Counted from the stretch's first letter, positions 27,488-38,604 are shown. The stretch is 64,000 nucleotides of DNA from an uncultured Candidatus Saccharibacteria bacterium (GCA_964647125.1 CAZYFP010000001.1:108072-172071); one strand, 5' to 3'. Notes: generated from the sequence alone by a model not told the origin. Numbers and translations: made by a program.

Positions 27488-28771
27488 ATGCAGATTAAAA
27501 AAGAACAACTCACCCCTACCAAGATTAAATTGACGCTGGGCGCTGAGCCAGCGTTAATTGATGAGGTTAAGCACCATGTGCTGCAAGACCTAGCTAAAAA
27601 GGTCAAGGTAGCAGGCTTTCGTGAGGGCAAAGCGCCCTTAAGCATGATTGAAAAAAGCGTCGACAGCACTATGCTGCACTCGGAGTTTTTGGAGCACGCC
27701 GTCAACCGCCTGTATTCCGAAGCGATTACGCAAGACCGACTGCGCCCTATCGATAACCCAGAAGTGTCGGTGACAAAGTTCGTACCATTTTCAGAACTAG
27801 AAATCACTGCTGAAGTTGACGTTGTTGGTGATATCAAACTACCAGATTATAAGAAGATTAAACTTGCCAAGCCGGCTGTAAAAGTAACGGCGGCAGATGT
27901 TGATGACGTTTTGAAAAAGCTACAAACCCGTCTGGCAGATAAAAAAGATGTCACACGTGGCGCTAAGGCAGGTGACGAGGTCACTATCGACTTCAAGGGC
28001 ACTGACACGAAGACCAAAGAGCCAATCTCTGGTGCTGACGGTACCGACTATCCGTTGGTGCTTGGTAGTGACAGCTTTATCCCAGGATTCGAAGACGAGC
28101 TGATTGGGCTCAAGACTGATGCCACCAAGACCTTTGATATTGTGTTTCCAAAGGAGTACAGCGTGTCTGCTTTGCAGAGCCGCAAAGTAACTTTCGAGGT
28201 GACGGTTAAGAAAGTCCAGGAACTAACCGAGGCAAAACTCGATGATGCTATGGCTGCCAAGGTTGGCCCGTTCAAGACGCTTGCTGAGCTAAAGGCAGAT
28301 ATTAAAACTCAGGTAACAGCTGAGCGACAGCAAGAAACTGACCGACAATTCGAGAGTGACCTACTAGAATCCGTAGCCAAGAAGACCAAGGCGGCTATTC
28401 CGCCAGCCCTAATTGATGAAGAAGTTGAGCGCCAAGTTGGCCAACTTAAGCAAAATTTGATGTACCGTGGCCAAACCTGGCAAGAGTTTCTAGACAGTGA
28501 AAAGAAAACCGAAGAAGAATTTAGCGAAAGTCTGAAGCCCGTTGCTGAACTTCGTGTGACTGCCGGCCTAGCACTGTCCGATATTGCTGAGCTAGAAGGT
28601 ATTGTGATCACGGCTGATGATATCGATGTACGCTTGCAGCTCATGAAGGGCCAGTACCAAGACCCAGCCATGCAGGCAGAGCTTGATAAAATTGAAACTC
28701 GCCGCGAAATCGCCCAGCGCCTGCTGAGCGAAAAAACCATTGCCAAACTGACCGAGTACGCAACTAAGTAG
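27488..28771 (+). CDS. tig: trigger factor
   Basis: Ribosome-binding signature GFREGKAP, a central FKBP-like region (DFKG...G...F.PGFEDELIG), and a C-terminal helical arm. The tig-clpP neighbourhood is typical. Confidence 0.92.
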   Translation: MQIKKEQLTPTKIKLTLGAEPALIDEVKHHVLQDLAKKVKVAGFREGKAPLSMIEKSVDSTMLHSEFLEHAVNRLYSEAITQDRLRPIDNPEVSVTKFVPFSELEITAEVDVVGDIKLPDYKKIKLAKPAVKVTAADVDDVLKKLQTRLADKKDVTRGAKAGDEVTIDFKGTDTKTKEPISGADGTDYPLVLGSDSFIPGFEDELIGLKTDATKTFDIVFPKEYSVSALQSRKVTFEVTVKKVQELTEAKLDDAMAAKVGPFKTLAELKADIKTQVTAERQQETDRQFESDLLESVAKKTKAAIPPALIDEEVERQVGQLKQNLMYRGQTWQEFLDSEKKTEEEFSESLKPVAELRVTAGLALSDIAELEGIVITADDIDVRLQLMKGQYQDPAMQAELDKIETRREIAQRLLSEKTIAKLTEYATK

Positions 28772-28777
28772 ACTGAT

Positions 28778-29233
28778 ATGTCAGAGCAGCTCGGTTTATT
28801 CGCAGAAGCAATAATCAAACCCGAGCCTAGTGGTGCCGAAACAGATACAGAAGATTGTCTACCAGGGCTTGAGCAGTCCAACGTACTACACATGGTGTTT
28901 AGTCAGTCACGCTTAAAGCAAGTGACTGACCGAGCCCATAGCTTCGATACCTGGTATCGACACGACGCCGCAGAGGATCACTCGCAATTATTCTTTACGC
29001 ATTTCAAGCACGACGACGATGTGCGACTGGGAATTGTGAATATCTATTTGCGTCCATCCGGCGGTTTCATCTGCAACGCAGAGATTCAGGATGCAAAAGA
29101 CCCCGACGACAGTAAATGCATGCTGGTAGCTGCTGGCTACGAAAACCCATTCCAGGTCAGGCAGTGGCTCGAGGAGTTAATCATAAGTGATGTCGTAGAG
29201 TACGTTACAGACGACCCGTACAAGTACGCATAG
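28778..29233 (+). CDS. hypothetical acidic protein (151 aa)
   Basis: It starts 6 nt after the tig stop and ends 1 nt before the clpP CIRCE. Its N-terminus MSEQLGLFAEAI resembles that of ORF 8176. Confidence 0.5.
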   Translation: MSEQLGLFAEAIIKPEPSGAETDTEDCLPGLEQSNVLHMVFSQSRLKQVTDRAHSFDTWYRHDAAEDHSQLFFTHFKHDDDVRLGIVNIYLRPSGGFICNAEIQDAKDPDDSKCMLVAAGYENPFQVRQWLEELIISDVVEYVTDDPYKYA

Positions 29234-29260
29234 TTAGCACTCTGGGTTGACGAGTGCTAA
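29234..29260. promoter_or_regulatory. CIRCE element (HrcA operator consensus) upstream of clpP
   Basis: Exact TTAGCACTC-TGGGTTGAC-GAGTGCTAA. Confidence 0.85.
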
Positions 29261-29276
29261 TTGTTGGGCGTATACT
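29247..29276 (+). promoter_or_regulatory. sigma70-like promoter embedded in CIRCE (clpP)
   Basis: TTGACG (29247-29252), 18 nt spacer, TATACT (29271-29276). The clpP ATG is at 29329, preceded by a GGAGG RBS. Confidence 0.6.
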
Positions 29277-29328
29277 CTGTATATAACTTTTCACACGCCT
29301 TGCAGCGTGCACAAATGGAGGTAAAACT

Positions 29329-29931
29329 ATGAGCGTATTAGTCCCAACTGTTATCGAAAGCGAAGGCCGTTACGAGCGCGCCTATGACATATATTCTCGC
29401 TTGCTAAAAGATCGCATTATATTCCTTGGCAGTGATGTCAACGAAGTGTCGGCTAATGTCATTGTGGCCCAGCTACTGTTCCTGCAGTCTGAAGATGCTA
29501 AGAAGGACATCTTTTTGTATATAAACAGCCCCGGTGGTAGCGTATACGATGCCTTGGCTATCTATGACACTATGCAATTTGTTACCAACGACGTGCAGAC
29601 CGTTGGTATTGGTGTGCAAGCCAGCGCAGCAGCGTTTTTGCTAAGTAGTGGTGCAAAAGGTAAGCGATTCCTATTGCCCAATAGTACGGTTATGATCCAT
29701 CAGCCGAGCAGTGGTACGCGTGGTAAGGTGACTGACCAAGAGATTGATCTTAAGGAATCTCTGCGTATCAAAAAGCTGCTGGAAGAAATTATGGCTAAAA
29801 ACACCGGCCAGAAGCCAGCCAAAATCCATGAAGACATGGAACGTGACAAGTGGCTGACATCTGACGAAGCTCTGAAGTACGGTATTGTCGATAAAGTAAT
29901 CAGCGATATCACCATTCCTCAAAAGGCTTAG
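29329..29931 (+). CDS. clpP: ATP-dependent Clp protease proteolytic subunit
   Basis: [27 protein letters not shown], a Ser in ASAAAFLL that aligns to the catalytic Ser of the usual ASMGAFLL, MIHQPS (His), and [17 protein letters not shown] (Asp). Confidence 0.93.
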   Translation: MSVLVPTVIESEGRYERAYDIYSRLLKDRIIFLGSDVNEVSANVIVAQLLFLQSEDAKKDIFLYINSPGGSVYDALAIYDTMQFVTNDVQTVGIGVQASAAAFLLSSGAKGKRFLLPNSTVMIHQPSSGTRGKVTDQEIDLKESLRIKKLLEEIMAKNTGQKPAKIHEDMERDKWLTSDEALKYGIVDKVISDITIPQKA

Positions 29932-30141
29932 TTTAGCTAAAGCACTTGACACAAATTGTATAGTCCGGCACACTGTAACGTAAGAAGTAGTGTAAGCCGG
30001 GCTGTGCTCGTTTTTGCCAACGTTACGTTGTAGAAACCGCACCAAACACGCCCAGTTTAGGAACCTTCGCGCGAACAACTACAAAACATTTATTAACCAC
30101 CAATAACACCGGTAATTATAAGGGGGCGTTGACGTCTGCGT

Positions 30142-33100
30142 ATGGCTGAAAACACTAAAGCGAAGAAGACTAACACTAATAACCAACGGGTATATTTCAC
30201 AAGCGCCGGAGACGATTCGCTTGATTTGCCTAGCTTGGTTGATCACCAAAATAAATCATTCCAGTGGTTTATTCAGGAAGGCCTCAGTGAATTATTCGCT
30301 GAAATTAGCCCAATCGAAGACTACACTGGTGCAAAACTAACCCTTAGCTTCAAGGACTACCACTTTGAAGCACCAAAGATTAGCGAAACTGATGCTCGTG
30401 AGAACAACGTCAGTTTCGATGCACCACTCAAGGCAAACGTAGAGCTAGTAAACAAAGTTACCGGTGAAGTAAAAGAGCAAGAGATTTACCTCGGCGACTA
30501 CCCATGGATGACCGAGCGCGGTACCTTTGTGATTAATGGCGCAGAGCGTGTTGTGGTAAGCCAGCTGATTCGTTCGGCTGGTGTTTTCTTTACTGCCGAT
30601 GCCCACGGCACACACAATCTGTACGGCGCCAAGGTTATTCCTGGTCGTGGTGCATGGCTGGAGTTTGAGACCGCTGCTGCTGGCGCTATTTTTGTAAAGA
30701 TTGACCGCAAGCGTAAGCTACCAGTAACCACACTGCTTCGCGCACTGGGTGTTACTGAATCTCAGATGAAAGATGCCTTCAAGCACGTTGACCAAGGTAA
30801 AGTTAGCCACCTCCAGGCTACACTTGATAAGGATACTGCTCATGGCCAAAATGAAGCCCTGATCGAAGTCTACCGCCGCCTGCGTCCAGGTGACCTCGCA
30901 ACTGTTGACAACGCTCGTAGCCTTATTGAAAACATGTTCTATAACTTCAAGCGCTTTGACTTTAGTCGTGTTGGTCGTTACAAGATCAACAAGCGCCTTG
31001 ACCTGAACGTTCCTAACACCACCGAAAACCGCGTTATGCGTATCGAAGATCTGCAGGCTATCATTGCCGAGATCATGCGCCTCAACAACACACAGGAGCC
31101 TGCTGACGACATCGATAGCTTGGCAAACCGCCGTGTGAAATTAGTTGGTGAGCTTGTACAGCGCCAGTTCCGTATTGGTCTGCTGCGCATGGTGCGTAAT
31201 ACCCAAGACCGTATGAGCATGAGTGAAATCGAGACAGTTGCTCCTGGGCAGCTTATCAACGCTCGTCCAGTGGTGGCTGCTGTTCGTGAATTCTTTGCCA
31301 GTTCACAACTTTCACAGTTCATGGACCAGATTAACCCACTATCAGAGCTCGCTCACAAGCGTCGCTTAAGTTCGATGGGTCCTGGTGGACTATCGCGTGA
31401 ACGTGCTGGTTTTGAAGTTCGTGACGCCCACGCCACCCACTATGGCCGTATCTGTGCCGTTGAGACTCCAGAAGGTGCCAACATTGGTTTGGTGTTAAAC
31501 CTGGCCAACTACGCTCGTGTCAACGAGTACGGCTTTGTTGAAACCCCTTACCGTAAGGTTATTAATGCCGTTACTGCCAAAGACGCCATCGGTCACATCG
31601 CAAGTGTTGACCTTGACGACGAAAGCGGCAAAGTACTGGTTAAGGCTGGTAGTAAAATTACCGCTGCCGATGCCGCTAAACTTGCCAAAGTAACCAGCAA
31701 AGTCACCTGGCCAGTAAAGGCTCGCACTACGAGCGAAGTTGTCTACCTAGATGCTTACGAAGAAGGTGGCGCAGTCATTGCTGGTGCTGGTAACGACATC
31801 GACGAAGACGGTTATTTTGTAAACGACCGTGTTGGTGCCCGTTTTGATCTACGATCTGGTGAAGTTGATAGCAACGACATTACGCACGTTGATGCCAGCC
31901 TCAACCAAATTATTGGTAGCTCAGCTGGTCTGATTCCATTCATCGAAAAGAACTACGTGTACCGCTCGCTCATGGGTAGTAACCAGCAGCGTCAGGCTGT
32001 ACCACTCGTGCAGCCAGAGTCACCAATTGTTGGTACTGGTCTAGAAGTAGCAGCTGCTCGCAACACCGGACAGGTTGTACTTGCGCAGGCAGATGGTGAA
32101 GTTGTCAAAGCTAGCAGTGACGAAGTCGCTGTTAAGCACAAGGACGGTACCGTTACGTATCAGCCACAGCACTTTATACGCAGTAACGAAGGCACTAGTA
32201 TCAACCAACGCGTTGTCGTAAACACCGGAGACAAAGTTAAAGAAGGCGACGTGCTTATTGAAGGTATGTCTATCCAGAATGGTGAACTTGCACTTGGTAA
32301 AGACCTACTCGTAGCGTTCATGCCATGGGCTGGTTACAACTTTGAAGACGCGGTCATCATTAGTCGCCGCCTTGTTCAGGACGACACGCTTACCTCGGTG
32401 CACATCGTAGACTTCATGATTGAAGTGCGTGAAACCAAACTGGGGCCTGAAATCGTCACTCGTGATATTCCAAACGTTTCAGAAGAAACTCTCCGTCACC
32501 TCGACGAGGACGGTATTGTTCGCATCGGTGCTGAAGTCCACCCTGGTGATATCTTGGTTGGTAAAATTACACCTAAGGGTGAACAGGAACTTTCCAGCGA
32601 AGAGCGATTGCTCCGTGCGATCTTTGGTGAAAAGGCCAAGGAAGTTCGTGATACTTCACAGCGTATGAGTAACGGTAAACACGGTAAAGTCGTTGGCGTA
32701 AAGGTATTTAGCCGCGAAAATGGTCACGACCTAAAGGCTGGCGTATTGATGCAGATCCAAGTCTTTGTGGCTCAAATGCGCAAGATTAGCGTGGGTGACA
32801 AACTTGGTGGTCGTCATGGTAACAAGGGCGTTATTGCCCGAATTCTTCCAGAAGAAGACATGCCATTTACTGAAGATGGTACTCCTGTAGATATCATTTT
32901 GAACCCACTCGGCGTGCCATCACGTATGAACATCGGGCAGCTGTTTGAAACACACCTCGGTATGGCTGCACGTGCCCTTGGCATGAAAGTTGCCAGCCCA
33001 TCGTTTAATGGTGTGTCTGAAGACAAGATTAAGGAACTACTGAAAGAAGCTGGCCTGCCAGAAGACGGCAAGCAGCAACTATTCGACGGGCGCACAGGTG

Positions 33101-33708
33101 AAGCCTTTAAGGAACGTACCACTGTCGGTGCTATGTACATGATCAAGCTCAACCACATGGTTGCTGACAAGATCCACGCTCGAAGTACCGGTCCATACAC
33201 CATGGTTACTCAGCAACCACTCGGTGGTAAGGCACAAAACGGTGGTCAACGCTTTGGAGAGATGGAAGTATGGGCTCTCGAAGCCTATGGTGCCGCATAC
33301 ACACTACAGGAAATGCTTACCATTAAGTCTGACGATGTGTACGGACGTTCTAAGGCATACGAAAGTATCATCAAGAAAACCGACATCATTGGTCCAAAGA
33401 TTCCAGAAAGCTTCAACGTCCTTGTCAAAGAACTGCAAGGTCTTGGCCTGAAAGTTGACCTGGTCCAAAGTGACATCGTGGTTGATGCCGAAGAAGTTTT
33501 GGCTGGCAACATTCGCGACGAAGGCGAGCACCAGTCGACTATCGAGGTACCAGCACCATCAATTTCTGACGTTGACGTAACCGAAGAAGAGCCAAGTCTG
33601 GACGAAGATTTCAGCATCATCGAAGCTGATGAAGTTGCAGCAGAACTAGAAAAAACTGAGAACGTTGCGGCACTTGTTGCAGACGACGAAGGGGAGGAGA
33701 CAGCCTAA
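30142..33708 (+). CDS. rpoB: DNA-directed RNA polymerase subunit beta
   Basis: 1188 aa with conserved blocks FMDQINPLSELAHKRRLS, GRHGNKGVI, NPLGVPSRMNIGQ and GGQRFGEMEVWALEAYGAA. Confidence 0.97.
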   Translation: MAENTKAKKTNTNNQRVYFTSAGDDSLDLPSLVDHQNKSFQWFIQEGLSELFAEISPIEDYTGAKLTLSFKDYHFEAPKISETDARENNVSFDAPLKANVELVNKVTGEVKEQEIYLGDYPWMTERGTFVINGAERVVVSQLIRSAGVFFTADAHGTHNLYGAKVIPGRGAWLEFETAAAGAIFVKIDRKRKLPVTTLLRALGVTESQMKDAFKHVDQGKVSHLQATLDKDTAHGQNEALIEVYRRLRPGDLATVDNARSLIENMFYNFKRFDFSRVGRYKINKRLDLNVPNTTENRVMRIEDLQAIIAEIMRLNNTQEPADDIDSLANRRVKLVGELVQRQFRIGLLRMVRNTQDRMSMSEIETVAPGQLINARPVVAAVREFFASSQLSQFMDQINPLSELAHKRRLSSMGPGGLSRERAGFEVRDAHATHYGRICAVETPEGANIGLVLNLANYARVNEYGFVETPYRKVINAVTAKDAIGHIASVDLDDESGKVLVKAGSKITAADAAKLAKVTSKVTWPVKARTTSEVVYLDAYEEGGAVIAGAGNDIDEDGYFVNDRVGARFDLRSGEVDSNDITHVDASLNQIIGSSAGLIPFIEKNYVYRSLMGSNQQRQAVPLVQPESPIVGTGLEVAAARNTGQVVLAQADGEVVKASSDEVAVKHKDGTVTYQPQHFIRSNEGTSINQRVVVNTGDKVKEGDVLIEGMSIQNGELALGKDLLVAFMPWAGYNFEDAVIISRRLVQDDTLTSVHIVDFMIEVRETKLGPEIVTRDIPNVSEETLRHLDEDGIVRIGAEVHPGDILVGKITPKGEQELSSEERLLRAIFGEKAKEVRDTSQRMSNGKHGKVVGVKVFSRENGHDLKAGVLMQIQVFVAQMRKISVGDKLGGRHGNKGVIARILPEEDMPFTEDGTPVDIILNPLGVPSRMNIGQLFETHLGMAARALGMKVASPSFNGVSEDKIKELLKEAGLPEDGKQQLFDGRTGEAFKERTTVGAMYMIKLNHMVADKIHARSTGPYTMVTQQPLGGKAQNGGQRFGEMEVWALEAYGAAYTLQEMLTIKSDDVYGRSKAYESIIKKTDIIGPKIPESFNVLVKELQGLGLKVDLVQSDIVVDAEEVLAGNIRDEGEHQSTIEVPAPSISDVDVTEEEPSLDEDFSIIEADEVAAELEKTENVAALVADDEGEETA

Positions 33709-36700
33709 TGCGTAACTACACAAACGGAGCCGATATCGCAGTTTTTGATGCCGTACGCCTAGCTGTTGCTAGCGCCGGGGACATCCTAGACTGGAGTTAC
33801 GGTGAAGTCACCAAGCCAGAAACTATTAACTACCGAACCCAGAAGCCTGAGCGCGACGGACTATTTTGTGAGCGTATCTTTGGCCCAGTCAAAGATATCA
33901 ACCCACACGACGCCAAGTACAAGGGTGTGCGTAGCCGCGAAGCTGCTGTCGACAAGAACGGCGAACTTGTCACCAAGAGCATCGTTCGACGTGAGCGCAT
34001 GGGCCACATCAACTTGGCTGTGCCAGTTGCGCACATCTGGTTCCTTCGTGGAACACCTTCAGCAATGGGCCTGCTGCTTGGCCTTACGGTTAAGAGCCTC
34101 GAGCGCGTTGCGTATTTTGCCAGCTACATCGTGAAAAGCGTTGACACTGATGCTCGCGACCAACTGCTAACCGACAAGGAAGCAGAATTTGCAGCCGCCA
34201 AAGAAGCTATCAAGCTCCGTTACGAAAAAGAAGCCGAAGCCAAGGATGCAAATGTTAAGGCGCTTGCCGAAATGCAAACCAAGGAAACCGAAGAAGTTAC
34301 AACTGAATTCGAACTGTTCAAAGCCCAGACAACTAGCTTGCAAAAGCTTGGCCTGCTCAGCGAAACTGACTACCGTGCACTTCCTGACAATTTGCGCGCA
34401 CTCATCACCGTAGGTATGGGTGGTGAAGCCTTGCAGAACCTGCTCAGTGAAATTGATTTGAAGCAGTTGATTAGCGATCTAAGCACTGAGGCGGAAGATG
34501 CCAAGGGCCAGCGCAAGAAGAAGCTCATGAAGCGACTTCGTTTGCTCGAGAGCATGGATCGTGCCGGTATCAAGCCAAGCAGTACCTGCCTGAGCGTACT
34601 ACCAGTAATTCCTCCAGATCTTCGCCCAATGGTGCAGCTCACCGGTGGCCGATTTGCGACATCTGACTTAAACGACCTATATCGTCGCGTTATCAACCGT
34701 AACAACCGTTTGAAGAAACTGATGGACCTAAATGCTCCAGAAGTTATTCGTCGTAACGAGCAGCGCATGCTTCAGGAAGCGGTCGATGCATTAATCGACA
34801 ACAACAGCGCCCGTAGTGGCCGAGCTGTTGCAGCAACTGGTCAGCGTCGCCGTCTGAAGAGTCTCTCTGACCTTCTTAAGGGTAAGCAAGGTCGTTTCCG
34901 CCAGAACCTTCTTGGTAAGCGTGTTGACTACTCTGGTCGTTCAGTTATTGTTGCTGGTCCAGAGCTGAAGATCCACCAATGTGGTCTACCAAAGATGATG
35001 GCCCTCGAACTGTTCAAACCATTTGTTATTGGTGAACTTATCGAACAAGAGCACGCGCACAACATTCGCAGCGCCAGTCGTCTGATCGAGCTTGGTGAAA
35101 CAGTGGTCTGGGATGCTCTAGACAAGGTGATCCACGGCAAGTACGTACTACTTAACCGTGCACCAAGCTTGCACCGCCTCAGCATTCAGGCTTTCCAGCC
35201 AGTGCTTATTGAGGGTCGTGCTATTCAGTTGCACCCACTTGTATGTAAGGGCTTCAACGCCGACTTCGATGGTGACCAGATGGCCGTCCACTTGCCGCTT
35301 AGCGACAAGGCGCAGGCTGAGGCCCGTGACATCATGGCCGCTAACAAGAACCTGCTGAAGCCAGCCGATGGTTCGCCAATCCTACACATTGAGCAAGATA
35401 TCGTCCTTGGTTGTTACTACCTGACATACGACCGCCCAGGTCTATCCGACGAGCCAGCACAAGTCTTCTCTGGTATCGACGAAGCGTTGATGGCATACGA
35501 CGGTGGATCACTCATGCTCCAGGGCCGCGTTCGTATCCCATTCCGCGGTGAAACACGCGAGACAACTCTAGGCCGCATTTTGTTTAACGAAACATTCCCA
35601 GCCGACTTTACGTTCCAGGATGAGCCAATGACCAAGAAGCGTTTGCAAAAAGTCATGGCCGCTGTGCACGCACAATATGGTCAGGAAAAGACAGCCGAAA
35701 TCGCTGACAGCCTGAAAGAAATTGGCTTCCAGTACGCCACCGAGTCAGGTATGTCCATTGGTATGGATGACTTTGACAAAATCATTGGTATGGACGCAGT
35801 TATTTCTGATGGTGAAACCCGCACTGCAGCACTGAGCGAACAGTACGAACAAGGTTTCATCACCAACGACGAGCGTTCACGTCTAACGGTAGAAAACTGG
35901 TTGAAGGTAGAGGGCAAGGTGCAAGATTTGTTGGCTGACCAGATGGTCAATCGCGACACCAGCACCGCTATCGCCATTAACTCTGGTGCTCGTGGTAACA
36001 TCCGTAACCTCAAGGATGCCGTCGGTATGCTTGGTGTGATGCAGGACGCTGGTGGTAGCACTATTGAGCTACCGATCAAGTCTGGCTACATTGCCGGTCT
36101 TGACCCACTCGAATACTTCACCGGTACTCGTGGTGTGCGTAAGGCACTTATCGATATCGCGCTGAAGACTGCTGACGCTGGTTACCTGACACGTCGTCTG
36201 GTAGATGTCTCACAAGATGTCTTCACAATCGAAGACGCCGAAGGACTTGACCCAGGTTTTGCTACGTTCCGCTCTGATGCTGCTGCAATCGGTGTTGAAT
36301 ATGGCACACGCTTACAGGGTCGCTTTGCTGCCGAGACCATCAAGGGTCACGTTAAGGCAGGTGAACTTATCACGGCTGAGATTGCTGCTGCGATTGATGC
36401 CGATGAAAGTATCGATGGCGTGAAGATCATGAGCGTACTAAGTGCCATATCCGTAAAGGGTACGCCACGCAAGAGCTACGGTATTGATCCGGCTACCGGT
36501 GAGCTCATCGCTGACCACCACCCAATTGGTGTAATTGCGGCGCAAAGTATCGGTGAGCCCGGTACTCAGCTGTCACTTGACTCCAAGCACCGTTCTGGTG
36601 GTGCACTGGCCGATGAAACCGCCCAGGGTCTGTCACGTATCGAAGAGTTGTTTGAAGTCCGTCAGCCAAAAGGCCAGGCGTACCTAACTGAAATCGCTGG

Positions 36701-37541
36701 TACCGTTAACCTCTACGAAGATGGCGACCACTATGTCGTACAAGTTGCGGGTGACGGTAGTGAGGCTATCGAACTAGTCGTTGACAAACGAAATGTTCAC
36801 GTAGCTTCAGGTTCAGATGTTGCCGTTGGTGATGTCTTGGCAGCCAACGAAGACGGCTCATCACCACTGATCTCTCCTGTGGCAGGTGTCGTTGATGTTA
36901 GCAAGAAGAAGCTAGTCATCACCCCTGCAAGTAGTGTTAGCGCTCGTTACGAGATTCCTGGCTACAAGCAGATGATGGTCAAGGATGGTGACGTCGTGAC
37001 TGCTGGTCAGCGTCTCACTGGTGGTTCTATCAACCTCCAAGAGCTCATGCTGCTGCAGGGCGTAGAAGCTACTCAGCGCTACATCATGAACGAAATCCTG
37101 CACATCTTTGCTGGACAGGGTCAAAACATTGCAGATAAGCACCTTGAAATCATCGTGCACCAGATGTTTAGCCGCGTACAGATCGAAGACCAGGGTGATA
37201 GTGACTTTGTAACTGGTGATATCGTCAGCAAGCTAGCTGTAGCAAACGCCAACGAAGAATTGGCTGCTGCCGGTAAGCAACTTGTTGTTGCAAACCAGCT
37301 GCTACTCGGTATTACCAAGGCAAGTCTGGCAACCGACTCCTTCCTGAGTGCTGCCTCATTCCAGGACACTACTCGTGTACTGATTGCTGCCGCTACTAGT
37401 GGTAAGGTTGACAATTTGTACGGCCTCAAAGAAAACGTTATCTTGGGTCGCAAGATCCCAGTCGGAACTGGCTACAGTAAAGACGAAGATGACGCCGAGC
37501 TAGCCGACGAAGCTAGCGAAGAGCTCGTCGAAGCCGCCTAA
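33708..37541 (+). CDS. rpoC: DNA-directed RNA polymerase subunit beta'
   Basis: 1277 aa with the catalytic NADFDGDQMAVH, RAPSLHRLSIQAF and LLGKRVDYSGRSV. Its ATG overlaps the rpoB TAA by 1 nt. Confidence 0.97.
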   Translation: MRNYTNGADIAVFDAVRLAVASAGDILDWSYGEVTKPETINYRTQKPERDGLFCERIFGPVKDINPHDAKYKGVRSREAAVDKNGELVTKSIVRRERMGHINLAVPVAHIWFLRGTPSAMGLLLGLTVKSLERVAYFASYIVKSVDTDARDQLLTDKEAEFAAAKEAIKLRYEKEAEAKDANVKALAEMQTKETEEVTTEFELFKAQTTSLQKLGLLSETDYRALPDNLRALITVGMGGEALQNLLSEIDLKQLISDLSTEAEDAKGQRKKKLMKRLRLLESMDRAGIKPSSTCLSVLPVIPPDLRPMVQLTGGRFATSDLNDLYRRVINRNNRLKKLMDLNAPEVIRRNEQRMLQEAVDALIDNNSARSGRAVAATGQRRRLKSLSDLLKGKQGRFRQNLLGKRVDYSGRSVIVAGPELKIHQCGLPKMMALELFKPFVIGELIEQEHAHNIRSASRLIELGETVVWDALDKVIHGKYVLLNRAPSLHRLSIQAFQPVLIEGRAIQLHPLVCKGFNADFDGDQMAVHLPLSDKAQAEARDIMAANKNLLKPADGSPILHIEQDIVLGCYYLTYDRPGLSDEPAQVFSGIDEALMAYDGGSLMLQGRVRIPFRGETRETTLGRILFNETFPADFTFQDEPMTKKRLQKVMAAVHAQYGQEKTAEIADSLKEIGFQYATESGMSIGMDDFDKIIGMDAVISDGETRTAALSEQYEQGFITNDERSRLTVENWLKVEGKVQDLLADQMVNRDTSTAIAINSGARGNIRNLKDAVGMLGVMQDAGGSTIELPIKSGYIAGLDPLEYFTGTRGVRKALIDIALKTADAGYLTRRLVDVSQDVFTIEDAEGLDPGFATFRSDAAAIGVEYGTRLQGRFAAETIKGHVKAGELITAEIAAAIDADESIDGVKIMSVLSAISVKGTPRKSYGIDPATGELIADHHPIGVIAAQSIGEPGTQLSLDSKHRSGGALADETAQGLSRIEELFEVRQPKGQAYLTEIAGTVNLYEDGDHYVVQVAGDGSEAIELVVDKRNVHVASGSDVAVGDVLAANEDGSSPLISPVAGVVDVSKKKLVITPASSVSARYEIPGYKQMMVKDGDVVTAGQRLTGGSINLQELMLLQGVEATQRYIMNEILHIFAGQGQNIADKHLEIIVHQMFSRVQIEDQGDSDFVTGDIVSKLAVANANEELAAAGKQLVVANQLLLGITKASLATDSFLSAASFQDTTRVLIAAATSGKVDNLYGLKENVILGRKIPVGTGYSKDEDDAELADEASEELVEAA

Positions 37542-37561
37542 CCAGCGCTTCAGCAAAAGCA

Positions 37562-37592
37562 AAACCCGCCTTCGTAGCAGAGGCGGGTTTTT
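37562..37592 (+). terminator. rho-independent terminator after rpoC
   Basis: AAACCCGCCT-N9-AGGCGGGTTT followed by TT. Confidence 0.85.
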
Positions 37593-37602
37593 GGTACCCT
37601 CC

Positions 37603-37631
37603 TTGTATCTGTTGTAAAAATTTGATATAAT
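37603..37631 (+). promoter_or_regulatory. sigma70-like promoter for the rpsL operon
   Basis: TTGTAT, 17 nt spacer, TGaTATAAT (hexamer 37626-37631). Confidence 0.65.
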
Positions 37632-37709
37632 CGACAGGTCAATTTAAGTGATCTGAGCCGTGCGCGGCATTCGCATGCAGCAGTACGATCACACATCTAA
37701 GGAGATGTA

Positions 37710-38122
37710 ATGCCAACAATTAATCAATTGGTGCGCAAACCGCGCGCTAAAGCCAGTGACAAATCAAAGTCACCAGCCCTGCAACGTGTTGTAAACACGC
37801 TCAAGACTACCAACTACGAAAAAGCGTCGCCATTCAAGCGCGGTGTTTGTGTGAAGGTAACAACTAAGACTCCAAAAAAACCTAACTCGGCCCTCCGTAA
37901 GGTTGCACGTGTGCGCCTCACTAACGGTCAAGAAGTCTGGGCCTACATCGGTGGTGAAGGTCACAACCTACAAGAGCACGCCGCTGTACTCGTACGTGGT
38001 GGCCGCGTAAAGGATCTTCCTGGTGTCCGTTACCACATCGTACGTGGCGCACTTGATCTTCAGGGTGTTGCTAACCGCAAGCAAGGCCGCAGTAAGTACG
38101 GTGCCAAGAAGGAGAGCAAATA

Positions 38123-38123
<1 letters not shown>
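37710..38123 (+). CDS. rpsL: 30S ribosomal protein S12
   Basis: [12 protein letters not shown]... and [27 protein letters not shown]. Confidence 0.98.
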
Positions 38124-38602
<479 letters not shown>

Positions 38603-38604
38603 TT

